Below, one piece after another: positions 17,137 through 25,349 of a stretch of 32,000 nt of DNA (positions are counted from its first letter, which is position 1; each line of letters starts with the position of its first letter). Made by a program: the position numbers and the translations under genes. Source of the DNA: Thermoproteus tenax Kra 1 (GTDB lineage Archaea; Thermoproteota; Thermoprotei; Thermoproteales; Thermoproteaceae); contig NC_016070.1 in the NCBI RefSeq assembly GCF_000253055.1, positions 570,001 to 602,000 on the forward strand, in the 5' to 3' direction. The notes under the pieces are model-generated. The model was not told the DNA's origin and searched no databases. It saw only the letters and a list, made by a program, of their open reading frames with translations.

Positions 17137-17847
17137 TTATTCGTCTGTGGACGCTCTGCGTCTCTGAGAGGCGTTGAGGAGGTTGGCGAGGTGCTCCTCC
17201 AAGCTTCGCTCAGCACATTCTAGATCTATCTGCACCACGCCGAGAGGTCCTTGGGCCTTGCTGCATTGAGTCAACCAGCTGGGGACGCCGTCAGAATAGG
17301 CCTTCCCACCCAAAGATATTCCGCCGAGGGCCTCGGAGAGGGCCTTGCGCAGAGGGTTCCCTCTATATTCCACCTGGCCGCCCCTCTTCTCGACAAGGCC
17401 CACGTCTTGGGCTATAGCTATCAAAGATTTGAACGCTACATGGTTCACCCAACTGGACGGAGATATCTCAGCTATCCTCTTATTCAGCTCCTCGTACAGC
17501 TCATCGAGATCCAAGGCCTTCCTCTCAGCCAGGATATCCGCCAGAATCTTGTACTGAACTAGCGAGATGTAGAAGAGCGCGTGGAATATGGCGGGCCCGA
17601 GCGAGTGATACAACGTCAATAGCTCGTAGGCGGCCTCGGTCAGAGACGCAGATTTGTCTGAAGTTTTCACGAGCCCGAGCCTCTCGAGGAAGCGGGTTAT
17701 ATCGCCCTTCCCCTTGCCGAAGTCCAACCCCTCGCTCCTGAGATCCTCCAGAGGCGATGAGCCCCTCTGTGAGACGAGCTGGAGGTACTTTACGAGCCTT
17801 TCGAGCCTTATCGGCGGGAATGGAATGCTTCTTTGAAGATGGAGCAT
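17137..17847 (-). CDS. Hypothetical protein with tandem winged-helix-like modules
   Basis: 236 aa. The N-terminus (PPIRLERLVKYLQLVSQRG..LEDL......ITRFLERLGLVK....ASLTEAAYELL) has the same pattern as the 2083..2550 protein. A second module contains DVGLVEKRGGQVEY. Confidence 0.55.
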   Translation of the reverse strand: MLHLQRSIPFPPIRLERLVKYLQLVSQRGSSPLEDLRSEGLDFGKGKGDITRFLERLGLVKTSDKSASLTEAAYELLTLYHSLGPAIFHALFYISLVQYKILADILAERKALDLDELYEELNKRIAEISPSSWVNHVAFKSLIAIAQDVGLVEKRGGQVEYRGNPLRKALSEALGGISLGGKAYSDGVPSWLTQCSKAQGPLGVVQIDLECAERSLEEHLANLLNASQRRRASTDE

Positions 17848-17940
17848 ATAAGGTACGTTATGCGATAAATAAGGCGGATAATGTTGCCTAAGGTCATATC
17901 TGTATCATATGGCACCGGCGCGCGAGACGTCGTCCCACGC

Positions 17941-17963
17941 TTAAAAAGACCGTTTTAGGACGG
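17941..17963 (-). terminator. Hairpin plus T-run downstream of thi4
   Basis: On the minus strand, directly after the TAA (17967-69): CCGU-CCUAAA-ACGG followed by UCUUUUU. Archaeal termination at oligo-T is established; the role of the hairpin is inferred. Confidence 0.45.
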
Positions 17964-17966
17964 CGG

Positions 17967-18747
17967 TTATGTCCTCTTGCCGTCGCTGGAGAGATCTGCG
18001 TGTATTATCTCGGCCACCTTCCTCCCAGACATCAACATGCCTCCGAATATCGGGCCCATTCTGGGAAGCCCGTGAACGGCGCACACAGCCATGCCCGCTG
18101 CATATAAGCCCGGCGCCACCTTGCCCGTATACTCAACCACCAACTTTTCCGAGACCTCCGACCACGCCGACTTCTCCCCCTTAAGCTCTATTCCCAACTC
18201 GGGGACTTTCCTCGCCGCAACTGATATCACCTCTGCGTCGTGGCCTGTGGCGTCTACTACGGCTCTGGCTTGAGTGTATAGGGGATCCACGTGCATGCCG
18301 GAGGCCTGTATGGGGGTCCAGTACCACAGAAGGCCGGGGGACTCTCGGAGGATCTCCTCTGAATATGACGTCGTCCACATGGACTCCCAAGATTATCTTC
18401 GCCCCAGCGTCTATGGCCCCGGCCGCCAGCTTGGCTATCATCTCTGCAGGGTCTATGGCGAAGAGCCCATCGCCGACATCCCTAAACCTTATGCCGAAGT
18501 CTTTTATTATGGGCAAGGCCTCTGCTTGCACGATGATCTTGGGGAACATATTGCCGCCGGGGCCGATACCTCCTCCGAAGGAGAAGCGCCGCTCGTATAC
18601 AACGACTTTATAGCCCCTCTCTGCCAAATACTTTGCCGCCGTGAGGCCGGACGGACCAGCCCCCACTATGGCTACATCTACATCGCTGTACTCCTCGAGG
18701 ATCTCGGCGCCATATCTTATTATCGCTCTGCCTATCTTGAGCTCCAT
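17967..18747 (-). pseudogene. thi4: Thiamine thiazole synthase (Thi4, archaeal His-type) interrupted by a single frameshift
   Basis: The N-terminal frame (18747 downwards) carries VAIVGAGPSGLTAAKYLA, ERRFSFGGG...[13 protein letters not shown]. The C-terminal frame carries [30 protein letters not shown]...GMAV...[13 protein letters not shown]. The two frames join at a C5 run on the coding strand (G5 at 18336-18340). The total length of 781 nt is one nt more than a 260-codon gene. Confidence 0.8.
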
Positions 18748-18868
18748 AGGCCTTTCCCAACTTCCATTTTTAACTTTTTGGATATCGATAATCAGTTTAT
18801 CTCTATAGCCGAGGAGTACAAGACTTAGACCCGAGTAATCTTTATTTGACTAATGCTACACTCACACT

Positions 18869-19771
18869 ATGGAGATAAGGAAACTGATTAGAATAGGTGA
18901 AAGATCTTATGGCATCACAATACCGAGGGAGTGGGTTGAGCTTAACCAGTTAAAGGTCGGCTCTCCTCTCAAGATTTTGGCTGAGCCGAACAAGATACTG
19001 ATCCTCCCCGCCACGGCCGAGAGGACGTCGGTCAGCGCCGTTATAAAAGAGGCGGATATAGAGAAGGCGTTGAGGGACATAATCGCATACTATATAGAGG
19101 GCGCCGACGAGATAGAAATAGAGTCGGACCAGATCTCGGCGCTCGTGGGGAAAATCGAGGGGAAGCTCCCGGGCGTGGTCGCGTTAGAATCCGGCGGGAA
19201 GCTCAAGCTCAGGATCGTGACTAAAGAGGACGTGAACATAGACGAGGTAGTCAGAAGCATGTACACGACTGTTATGGCCATGTTCCAACTGTTCTTGGAT
19301 TATCTGAGGAGGGGGGACGAGGAGGATGCCCGGGAGCTTCTCAGAATGGACGACCAACTCGATAGACTCTACTTCCTCTCGCTCAGAGTGATCAAGAAGA
19401 ACATATACCAGAACCCTCAAGGCTATGTAGACTACGTCATAGTGGTAAAGAACTTAGAACACATGGGCGATGCCTTAGACAGATCCACCAACTATCTGAG
19501 ACAAAATGATGTGCCCTGCAAGAGGGAAATTACGGAGATCTTTGAGATGTTGCAGAAATACGCCGAAGGCGCAGCCAAGTCCTTCCTGGAGAACCGCTAC
19601 GAGGACGCACTAAAGACTATACTAGAAAGAGAAGGTATGTTCAAGAGGGCGCTCGCGCTCTCGCAGTGCGAAAGAAGTGCGCCGATAATGCACGAGGGCA
19701 TGTTGATAACTGCGTTGGCCGCCGATATAGCAGAGGCCGCCTACTCCAAACATATACGACAGAGGAGCTAG
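18869..19771 (+). CDS. phoU: AbrB/SpoVT-domain plus PhoU-domain phosphate-uptake regulator homologue
   Basis: N-terminal swapped-hairpin motif (IRIGERSYGITIPREWVELNQLKVGSPLKI) followed by two PhoU-like helical repeats (DDQLDRLY..., LEHMGDALDR...), the typical archaeal architecture. Confidence 0.85.
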   Translation: MEIRKLIRIGERSYGITIPREWVELNQLKVGSPLKILAEPNKILILPATAERTSVSAVIKEADIEKALRDIIAYYIEGADEIEIESDQISALVGKIEGKLPGVVALESGGKLKLRIVTKEDVNIDEVVRSMYTTVMAMFQLFLDYLRRGDEEDARELLRMDDQLDRLYFLSLRVIKKNIYQNPQGYVDYVIVVKNLEHMGDALDRSTNYLRQNDVPCKREITEIFEMLQKYAEGAAKSFLENRYEDALKTILEREGMFKRALALSQCERSAPIMHEGMLITALAADIAEAAYSKHIRQRS

Positions 19772-19824
19772 CCGCCTCAGAGAGGCTGACCAAGGCCCTA
19801 GAACGTTTAATTAGGCCCATAGGC

Positions 19825-20541
19825 ATGCCCATGGACCGAGTAGTTTTCTCGCCTCCCTTCACGGGGCTTGTGGGCATTCTATATGCCCTATTGGCGCTGT
19901 TGCTACTTCCGTCATATCTGGCGGGCCTCGCCGAGGTTCTGAGAAACGTGGGCCTCAACATAGCGGCTGCAATCATCGTGGCCGCCGCGTCAGTGTTGCT
20001 GAGCCTGCTGCTGAGCCCCTTCCACCTGGTGGTCTACACCAGCAGGAGGAGGGTGTACTACCCAAGCGTGGATATAATCTACGTCTTCGGGCTCCCTATA
20101 CCAGTGCCCAAGATGGCATACACTGAACAAGTGGCGCGGCTCGCTGTGAATTTGGGCGGTGCTGTGATACCTGTCGCGCTCTCTACGTTTATTTTATTTA
20201 AACTGCCGACTCTGTTCGCCGCGGGCGCTCTGGTCTCCTCACTGGCGGTGTCCCTCATCGTATATCGGATGAGCCGCGTGGTGCCGGGACTCGGAGTAGT
20301 GACGCCCGGCTTCCTCCCGCCGTTGCTCGCGTTGGTCTTCTCGCTGTGGGCGGGCCGCCTTACGCCGGCTGTTGCGTACATAGTGGGCGTCTACGGCACT
20401 CTGCTCGGCGCTGATGTCTACAACCTAAAGAAGATTCTTGCCCAGATGCCCCCGTTGGCCTCTATCGGCGGGGCCGGCGTTTGGGACGGCATATATCTGA
20501 CCGGCATAGTCGCGGCTACTCTCGGTCTGCTATTAAGATAG
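19825..20541 (+). CDS. DUF1614-family integral membrane protein
   Basis: Start taken at ATG 19825 (MPMDRVVFSPP...), downstream of the phoU stop. Multi-TM protein with VNLGGAVIPV and SIGGAGVWDGIYLTG motifs characteristic of DUF1614. Confidence 0.7.
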   Translation: MPMDRVVFSPPFTGLVGILYALLALLLLPSYLAGLAEVLRNVGLNIAAAIIVAAASVLLSLLLSPFHLVVYTSRRRVYYPSVDIIYVFGLPIPVPKMAYTEQVARLAVNLGGAVIPVALSTFILFKLPTLFAAGALVSSLAVSLIVYRMSRVVPGLGVVTPGFLPPLLALVFSLWAGRLTPAVAYIVGVYGTLLGADVYNLKKILAQMPPLASIGGAGVWDGIYLTGIVAATLGLLLR

Positions 20542-20545
20542 AAAT

Positions 20546-20596
20546 ACGGGCGGTCTATACCTAATAGGGGGGTTCGCCGGGGTATCAACCGCCCGT
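20546..20596 (+). other. 51-nt GC-rich imperfect stem-loop of unknown function
   Basis: ACGGGCGGU (20546-54) pairs with ACCGCCCGU (20588-96) and AUACC (20557-61) with GGUAU (20581-85), separated by a 2x2 internal loop. The apical loop is 19 nt. It starts 5 nt after the DUF1614 stop, and a T6 run lies at 20626-31. Confidence 0.45.
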
Positions 20597-20759
20597 TGTA
20601 GGATTTAGTCTAGGGCTATATATGGTTTTTTATTAGTATTAGCAAATCTAAATCTTCTGATATAAAATATATAGTATCTTTATAAAACTAGCAAAGAGCG
20701 CGACGGAAAGAATTGAACATAAACATCAAAGTGATAATACTAATTGTAAATCCGTTTTT

Positions 20760-21215
20760 CTATATTATCGGTCCGACGTCAGGTCTACCCTGCCTCAAGC
20801 CGCGGCCCGCCGCCTCGGTTAAATCGCCGCGGAGGAGCGCCACTAAGTTGCGCGCGTGCTTCCTCGCTCTGTCTATCGCTATTAATTTCAGTTCTCCCTC
20901 GTCAGTTGCCTCGTCCTCGTGCACTGTCGCATCCAGGATGAGCACGTCGTATTGTATCTGAAGCTCGATAAGGCCCAACGACATAGCCAGATAGCTCAGC
21001 TTGTCAGTTAGAGAGGGCCCGACCCAACCTACGACCAAGATGGCCGTACAGCCCTCCTTCATGAGCTTTTTCGCGCCCCAGATAGTGTTCTTTATTCCCG
21101 GCACTGTGATTCTCTTGACGACCACATCAGGGGCGAGGCTCCTCAGCTCGTCTATGGCCTCGGAGCCCATGTCCACCCGGGCGAACGTGGTGTCGACTAC
21201 GCCTATACAGTCCAT
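20760..21215 (-). CDS. ribC: Riboflavin synthase, archaeal type
   Basis: IGVVDTTFARVDMGSEAIDEL...ITVPGIKN...AILVVGWVG matches the MJ1184-type archaeal riboflavin synthase family. Confidence 0.88.
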   Translation of the reverse strand: MDCIGVVDTTFARVDMGSEAIDELRSLAPDVVVKRITVPGIKNTIWGAKKLMKEGCTAILVVGWVGPSLTDKLSYLAMSLGLIELQIQYDVLILDATVHEDEATDEGELKLIAIDRARKHARNLVALLRGDLTEAAGRGLRQGRPDVGPII

Positions 21216-21258
21216 AAACCTGAGCGAAAACTAAATATATATCTAATGGGGTCTCGGC

Positions 21259-21627
21259 GTGAGGCGTTTTGGCGTCTCCCTCCCCGATGACCTCGCGCGG
21301 GCGGTGGACAGCATAGCGGAGGAACTAGGCGTGACTCGCAGCGCCGTCGTTGCTCAAGCCGTGGCAAGCTTTGTACAGGAGTACAGAGGCCATCTGAAGA
21401 GCGGGCATATCTGCCTTGGCGCCGTTCTCTCGCTTACCGAGGGCATGGAGGCCGTAGGCGAAATAATGGAGAAGTATAGAGACCTGATAGCTAATTATTC
21501 ACATATCCACTTGGGAGAGAAGTGTATATCGGTTTTCGTAGTCCAGGGAGATGGACAGAAGATAGGGGAGTTTCTGATGGGCCTTTCGGAGAAGGCCGCG
21601 AAAACTTTCTTTACGCCTATAGAGTGA
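21259..21627 (+). CDS. nikR: NikR-like ribbon-helix-helix metal-responsive transcriptional regulator
   Basis: GTG start. N-terminal RHH motif (RRFGVSLPDDLARAVDSIAEELGVTRSAVV). The C-terminal ACT-like domain has an H-x-H...C metal motif (YSHIHLGEKCISVFVVQG). Confidence 0.8.
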   Translation: MRRFGVSLPDDLARAVDSIAEELGVTRSAVVAQAVASFVQEYRGHLKSGHICLGAVLSLTEGMEAVGEIMEKYRDLIANYSHIHLGEKCISVFVVQGDGQKIGEFLMGLSEKAAKTFFTPIE

Positions 21628-21652
21628 AATTAATACCCGAAGCGGTGTAGAC

Positions 21653-22570
21653 ATGGAAGAGTGGATAAAGATATTAGGCGATTTGGTCAGAGAGAATCTG
21701 TTTCGTAAGAGCTTTCCGCTTCCGGCGGACTCCTCTATATGCACGAAGTGGGCGGAGGGGTTGAGGAGGGGCGGCAGACGCGTTCTGTACACCTCGTGTA
21801 TGTACCAACTGGCTCCATTGATAGCGAGGGCCGTGGAACTTCTCGAGAGGTCGGGCGCCAGCGCGGGCGGTCTGAGGGCCAAGCTTACAGGCCTTGGCGC
21901 CAGACTCCTCGGGGGACTCGCGTTGAGGCCCTCTGAGGAGGACCTCGAGTGGGCACAGAGAGTTCTGAAGAATATAGCCGGCATGTTGGCCAAAGCCGGC
22001 GTAGAGTTCGGCGTATTAGACGATGAGCCCTATTCAGGCGCGTTGTTATACGAGCTGGGGTTCGAGGATGACTTTGCAGAGTATGCAAAGAGGGTCTATA
22101 AATACTTCAAGGATAAGGGCGTTGAGGAGGTGATAACGGTTGATCCCCACACGCACTACACTCTGGAGAAGGTTTATCCGAAATACGTTGATGGTTTCGA
22201 CATAAGGGTGACCAACTACATGGACTATATAAGGCCGGCCAGGGCCTCTGTAGATAAAGTTGTGATCCACGATTCCTGCCTTTATGCAAGGTATCTCGAT
22301 AGATACGATGTCTATAGAAGGCTATTGGACTCTGTCAAAGTCCAACACGTGGAGGATCCCTACGTCACCGGGAGGGCCTACTCGGGCTGTTGTGGAGGGC
22401 CCGTCGAATCGGTGAGACCCGACGTGGCCAAGTCGGTGGCTAAGTTGAGAGTAGGCCAATTGGCCAAGCTGTCCAATATAGTGATAACGGTGTGCCCCAT
22501 CTGTTACGTCAACTTGAGCAGAGCCGGCGGAGGCGTGAAGATATACGACTTAGCTGAGGTCTTGTCGTGA
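21653..22570 (+). CDS. Cysteine-rich (CCG-domain x2) Fe-S oxidoreductase subunit, HdrB/GlcF-C/GlpC/LutA-like
   Basis: Two CCG-type Cys clusters (YTSCMYQL...; DSCLYARY...YSGCCGGPVE...VCPICY). Confidence 0.75.
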   Translation: MEEWIKILGDLVRENLFRKSFPLPADSSICTKWAEGLRRGGRRVLYTSCMYQLAPLIARAVELLERSGASAGGLRAKLTGLGARLLGGLALRPSEEDLEWAQRVLKNIAGMLAKAGVEFGVLDDEPYSGALLYELGFEDDFAEYAKRVYKYFKDKGVEEVITVDPHTHYTLEKVYPKYVDGFDIRVTNYMDYIRPARASVDKVVIHDSCLYARYLDRYDVYRRLLDSVKVQHVEDPYVTGRAYSGCCGGPVESVRPDVAKSVAKLRVGQLAKLSNIVITVCPICYVNLSRAGGGVKIYDLAEVLS

Positions 22571-22836
22571 TATCGGAGATCGATAAGTGCGCCAGGTGCG
22601 GCTTCTGTGAGGCAGTGTGCCCGACGTACAACGCGTTGAGGATGAGACATCTGGGACCGAGGGGGCGTCTCCACATGGCCCGGCTGGCTCTCGCCGATGG
22701 CAGAGCGTCGAAATACGTTGTAGAGAGCATTGAGACGTGTCTGCGATGCCGAGCATGCGAGCTCGTCTGCCCCGTCTCGATAAAGATAGTTGACGTCATA
22801 ACCGCGGCGCGCAGAAGGCTCCGTGAAGCTACCTAG
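22567..22836 (+). CDS. 2x[4Fe-4S] ferredoxin-domain protein (GlcF/GlpC N-terminal-domain-like)
   Basis: CARCGFCEAVCP and CLRCRACELVCP motifs. The GTG start overlaps the previous stop (GTGA at 22567-70). Confidence 0.75.
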   Translation: MISEIDKCARCGFCEAVCPTYNALRMRHLGPRGRLHMARLALADGRASKYVVESIETCLRCRACELVCPVSIKIVDVITAARRRLREAT

Positions 22837-23200
22837 GTCGTTTCTAGACGAGGTCGAAAGGCGGTGTTCTCCCCGCGAGGAGTGCGTCGCGTTGTTGTTC
22901 GGCATAGGCGGCGAGGTCTCCTCGTGGGTTTGGCTCAAAAACGTCGCACGGAGCGCCATTGAGTTCAAAGTGGATCCCGAGGAGTTCTATTCAGCGTTGG
23001 CCGAGGCTGAGGCGCGCGGCGCAGAGCTTCTAGCTATTTTCCACACACACCCTGGCCCGCCCGTCCCCAGCGATCTAGATCTTAAATATATGAGACTGTG
23101 GAGGGTGGTCTGGATCATTGCAAACGTGTACACTCTGGAGCTCGCGGGCTGGATGGCCACGCCGTGGGGAATAAAGCCTATTAACGTAGAGAGAATATAG
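22823..23200 (+). CDS. Minimal JAB/MPN (JAMM-like) metalloprotease
   Basis: 125 aa. Has the conserved Glu (REECVALLFG) and HTHPGPPVPSDLD (H-x-H-x6-S-x2-D, one residue shorter than the canonical JAMM spacing). Confidence 0.72.
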   Translation: MKLPRSFLDEVERRCSPREECVALLFGIGGEVSSWVWLKNVARSAIEFKVDPEEFYSALAEAEARGAELLAIFHTHPGPPVPSDLDLKYMRLWRVVWIIANVYTLELAGWMATPWGIKPINVERI

Positions 23201-23204
23201 CACT

Positions 23205-24185
23205 ATGCTCATCTTGACGACCCCCACGAACATAAGATACTTCTCAGGGGTAGAGCTCAACTCTTACGAGAGATTCGCGGCGTTAATTGTGTGCGGAGGG
23301 AGGAGGATATTCGTCGCGCCGCAGCTTGAGCGCGGACGCGTGCCGGAGCCTGCCTTCTTCTACGCTGACGGCGAAGATCCGGCGGTCGCCCTCAGAAGGG
23401 CTGTGGACCTCTGTGGGGAGGACGAAATTCTTGAAATAGATGGAGGCACTCAGCTTAGGCATTGGGAGGTCGTCCGGAGGGCTCTGGGCGAGGTTCCCTA
23501 CAAACTCGCCGACGAGACTGTAGCGCAGATGAGGGCCGCCAAGAGTGAGGAGGAGATCGGGAAAATAAAGAGGGCTGTTGAGATCATTAAGGAGGTGATG
23601 GAGGGACTTAAGGCCGAGCTGTCGCCTGGAGTCACCGAGAGGAGGATCGCCGCAATGGCCTATGCGATGTTGATGGAGAGGGGGGCTGAGCCGGGCCCCA
23701 TCTTGGTTCAATTCGGCGAGAACACGGCGCTTCCCCATCAGGGCCCCACAGACAGAAGGTTGAAAGAGGGCGATGTAGTCATATTTGATTTTACTGCCGC
23801 CTACGATGGATACTACGGCGACATTACAAGGACGTTGACGTTCAGAGGCGCGCCGCCTCAGTTCGACGCAATATATAACGCCGTAGCAGAGGCCCAACGG
23901 ACGGCCATCTCAGCCTCTCGGGCAGGCGTCAGAGCCGGCGACGTGGACGAGGCGGCTAGAGCCGTCTTACGCCGCTATATGCTAGACCGGTTCTTTGTAC
24001 ATAGGACCGGCCACGGGCTGGGCCTGGACTTCCACGAGCTGCCCAACGTGGCGCCTGGAGAAAACTATCAGTTGAGGGAGGGCAACGTGTTCACTGTCGA
24101 GCCCGGCGTATATCTGCCGGGCCATTTCGGCGTAAGGATAGAGGACGACGTAGCTATAGTGGGCGGAGCCGCCAGAGTGCTCTAA
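23205..24185 (+). CDS. M24-family Xaa-Pro (amino/di)peptidase
   Basis: Pita-bread metal ligand motifs: DVVIFDFTAAYDGYYGDITRT, HRTGHGLGLDFHELP, FTVEPGVY, VRIEDDV. Confidence 0.88.
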   Translation: MLILTTPTNIRYFSGVELNSYERFAALIVCGGRRIFVAPQLERGRVPEPAFFYADGEDPAVALRRAVDLCGEDEILEIDGGTQLRHWEVVRRALGEVPYKLADETVAQMRAAKSEEEIGKIKRAVEIIKEVMEGLKAELSPGVTERRIAAMAYAMLMERGAEPGPILVQFGENTALPHQGPTDRRLKEGDVVIFDFTAAYDGYYGDITRTLTFRGAPPQFDAIYNAVAEAQRTAISASRAGVRAGDVDEAARAVLRRYMLDRFFVHRTGHGLGLDFHELPNVAPGENYQLREGNVFTVEPGVYLPGHFGVRIEDDVAIVGGAARVL

Positions 24186-24721
24186 CACTCGCCTTTGAGC
24201 CCCTTAGGCGGAGTGACGCCCCGCTGTCCTTGGTATGAGCCGGAGTAGAGGGCCTTCCCTTGCGCCTTCACGAGCACTAGGTGCAAGAAGCGGAGGCCGG
24301 GCTTTAGGACTATGGTGTTCGGCGACTCGTTTACCACCTCAATTGTTATATTGCCCTCGAAGCCCGCGTCCACTACAGTGGGCGGTATGACTAGGCCGTA
24401 TCTGGCCAACGTAGACCTCAAGTTGGCGAGGCCTACTACGTCGTCCGGCATTCTGACGTACTCCTCAGTGGTGAGCAATACAAAGTTTCTAGGCGGTATG
24501 GCTATCTCCTCGGCCTCCCTTACTATTCTGAAGTGCCTCCTGGCCTCCCCCTCCGCCAGCTCGCACGGCCTTATCGCAGCTCCCTCGTAGGCGTATATGG
24601 CGTACTCCCTCCCTATCCTCAAGTCTAGGCCGTTCTCCCTCACTGTGTCCTCTCTGAGGGGCTCCACTCTTAGTCTTCCGAGTGAGATCAGACTCTTTAT
24701 CTCATTGCCGGCTAGTATCAT
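24182..24721 (-). CDS. dcd: dCTP deaminase family protein
   Basis: MILAGNEI...NGLDLRIG......LANLRSTLARYGL..PPTVVDAGFEGNITIEVVN. Overlaps the peptidase gene convergently by 4 nt. Confidence 0.9.
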   Translation of the reverse strand: MILAGNEIKSLISLGRLRVEPLREDTVRENGLDLRIGREYAIYAYEGAAIRPCELAEGEARRHFRIVREAEEIAIPPRNFVLLTTEEYVRMPDDVVGLANLRSTLARYGLVIPPTVVDAGFEGNITIEVVNESPNTIVLKPGLRFLHLVLVKAQGKALYSGSYQGQRGVTPPKGLKGEC

Positions 24722-24788
24722 AGAAGTAAACGTGCCGAGTATTTTAGAGGTGGCGGATGGAGATAAATATATACTCTAGATATTAGCT

Positions 24789-25349
24789 GTGTTCATCGAC
24801 CAATTCACCTCGTGGATTCTGAGCGTGAAGTGGTCCATACTATTCTCCTGGATAATTATGATACTGATAGCAGCTGCTATAGCTCTCGCGGCCTCTGGAC
24901 GGCCCAGGAGGCCTCTGCGCCGGTGGTTCGGCGACTATTTCGTGAGGTGGGGGCTCTCGGGCCTTTTCCTGTGGTTCATTGTGTTCGCTCTGTGGGCCGT
25001 GAGGGAGCTGTTGGCCCAAAACTTCGTCTTCCTGATATGGCCGATTGAGGGCTTCATAGAGAACGCGACAATATGGGGAGTTATGCTCACGGGGTTCCTC
25101 ACGCTTGCGTTCTTCGGAGGCACTCTGTTCCTAGAGGCGATCTTCGACAAAGGCCTTGAGCTCCCGGCCGAGGGCGTCGTCTATTATAAACAAGAGGTCT
25201 TGTTGACGTCTCAGAGGGCGAAGGTCAGAGGTATGTACGTCCATCTGCCCGGCGAGCCTCCGGCAGAGGTCGAGGAGGAGGCTACAGCCAGAAAGGCCTT
25301 GGAGGTTCAGGCGGAAGATCGCAGGAGGGGTGGTAAAAGTAATTCTTGA
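24789..25349 (+). CDS. Hypothetical integral membrane protein with an acidic/basic C-terminal tail
   Basis: GTG start ~20 nt downstream of ATAAATATATA. Four predicted TM helices. No family recognised. Confidence 0.5.
   Translation: MFIDQFTSWILSVKWSILFSWIIMILIAAAIALAASGRPRRPLRRWFGDYFVRWGLSGLFLWFIVFALWAVRELLAQNFVFLIWPIEGFIENATIWGVMLTGFLTLAFFGGTLFLEAIFDKGLELPAEGVVYYKQEVLLTSQRAKVRGMYVHLPGEPPAEVEEEATARKALEVQAEDRRRGGKSNS

Noticed and set aside
19666-19824. Upstream extension of the DUF1614 ORF overlapping phoU
   Set aside because: It overlaps the 3' end of phoU by >100 nt and its sequence is not membrane-protein-like. ATG 19825 starts right before the first TM helix.
20546-20596. The GC-rich hairpin as a tRNA gene
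   Set aside because: It has an acceptor-like 7-9-bp stem and a GGUUCGCC string, but only ~33 nt lie between the stem strands. There are no D-arm or anticodon-arm equivalents, and no CCA or discriminator context. It is kept only as an unexplained stem-loop.
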